Assembly: GCA_045837725.1 (NCBI GenBank)
Contig: JBEWZL010000011.1
Coordinates: forward strand, 434,001-498,000
Direction: 5' to 3'
Origin: Vermamoeba vermiformis
Taxonomy: Eukaryota
Length of the DNA: 64,000 nucleotides
Shown: piece after piece, positions 63,345 through 64,000 of the stretch
How positions within the stretch are numbered: the stretch's first letter is position 1
Layout of the letters: each line of letters starts with the position of its first letter
The notes under the pieces: model-generated
Seen by the model: the letters and a program-made list of their open reading frames with translations, nothing else
Database searches by the model: none
What the model was told of the DNA's origin: nothing
Position numbers and translations under genes: made by a program

Positions 63345-64000
63345 TCAAAAGATTCTGGCGCTAAGCGCCGCTAACATGTACAATATCCGCTTAAAATTCT
63401 CCCAATTGAATACTGTGCTTAATACCAACTTTAATACGGCCCATTGAAAGCCTCGATAGAATCCGCTAAAACCTTCATTGTTCTTGATCTGCTTGAAAAC
63501 TTGAATAGGGCTGCTGTATTTGAGCTCTGTGCCCGCTGAAATTGCTACTCGTTGTTGCATAAGCATAAGAGGATATACTAATGCAATGAACGGTACTTTC
63601 AAGAAAGAAAACTCGAATCCGCTGAATAATCCTCGGAAGCCATCGTTTTTGATTATTTCACTGAAAATATGTCGCAAGCCACTGTATCTCGGAGTATCTC
63701 CGATATCAGCTGCCATCTTGCAATAGGCCAGTTCTACGGGGTACGCCACAACTGACGATACAAAAGCTACTACGAACAGGCCTGCAAATGTCTTCAAGCT
63801 TTGTTTTAAATTATTTGTTTCTTTTTCAACGCTGTTTTGATATCGAGCCCATAATTTGTGCAAAGCAAAAGGAACGACGAACCAGATCACTGTTGAAGCA
63901 GCGATCGCGCCAGATCCACGCCAAAGCGATGTAAATCCTTGCTTTGCGATTATTTTCTTTAACGCATCGATAGGCCCTGAAAATAATATGGAGCCAACGG
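63345..64000 (-). CDS. Mitochondrial carrier (SLC25) family protein, 5' part outside the window
   Basis: YPVELAYCKMAAD (Px[DE]xx[KR]-like), YSGLRHIFSEIIKNDGFRGLFSG, IKNNEGFSGFYRG, upstream GFTSLWRG. Confidence 0.85.
   Translation of the reverse strand, partial: VGSILFSGPIDALKKIIAKQGFTSLWRGSGAIAASTVIWFVVPFALHKLWARYQNSVEKETNNLKQSLKTFAGLFVVAFVSSVVAYPVELAYCKMAADIGDTPRYSGLRHIFSEIIKNDGFRGLFSGFEFSFLKVPFIALVYPLMLMQQRVAISAGTELKYSSPIQVFKQIKNNEGFSGFYRGFQWAVLKLVLSTVFNWENFKRILYMLAALSARIF

Overview
Gene-dense, AT-rich eukaryotic DNA with many short GT-AG introns (mostly 35-120 nt, CTAAY/TTGAC branch sites). Gene content suggests a free-living protist, probably an amoebozoan (inference). I reconstructed about 20 host genes by hand: a MadBub/Bub1 protein with a dead kinase domain, a peroxiredoxin, a GHITM/BI-1 protein, three tandem Kelch-F-box-Rho GTPase fusions, an FBXO11-like protein, an SDR, three Clu-UBR-LRR paralogs, NBS1, a MARCH-type RING-CH ligase, an HMG-box protein, a JmjC-zinc knuckle protein, a Kelch-EGF surface protein and a mitochondrial carrier. 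Four DNA-transposon insertions sit inside genes: two MITE-like elements, a frameshifted PIF/Harbinger-ISL2EU-type element and a piggyBac-like element. The main findings are (1) the piggyBac-like element encodes one intact spliced 886-aa protein with a USP-family deubiquitinase fused to the transposase, followed by a duplicated structured 3' repeat; (2) prenylated Kelch-F-box-Rho fusions lacking the catalytic Gln61; (3) a perfect 12-bp palindrome, TGACACGTGTCA, found 12 times and only in introns; (4) an exonic MITE that could splice out in frame like an introner. All gene models and family calls come from manual motif reading, not database searches.
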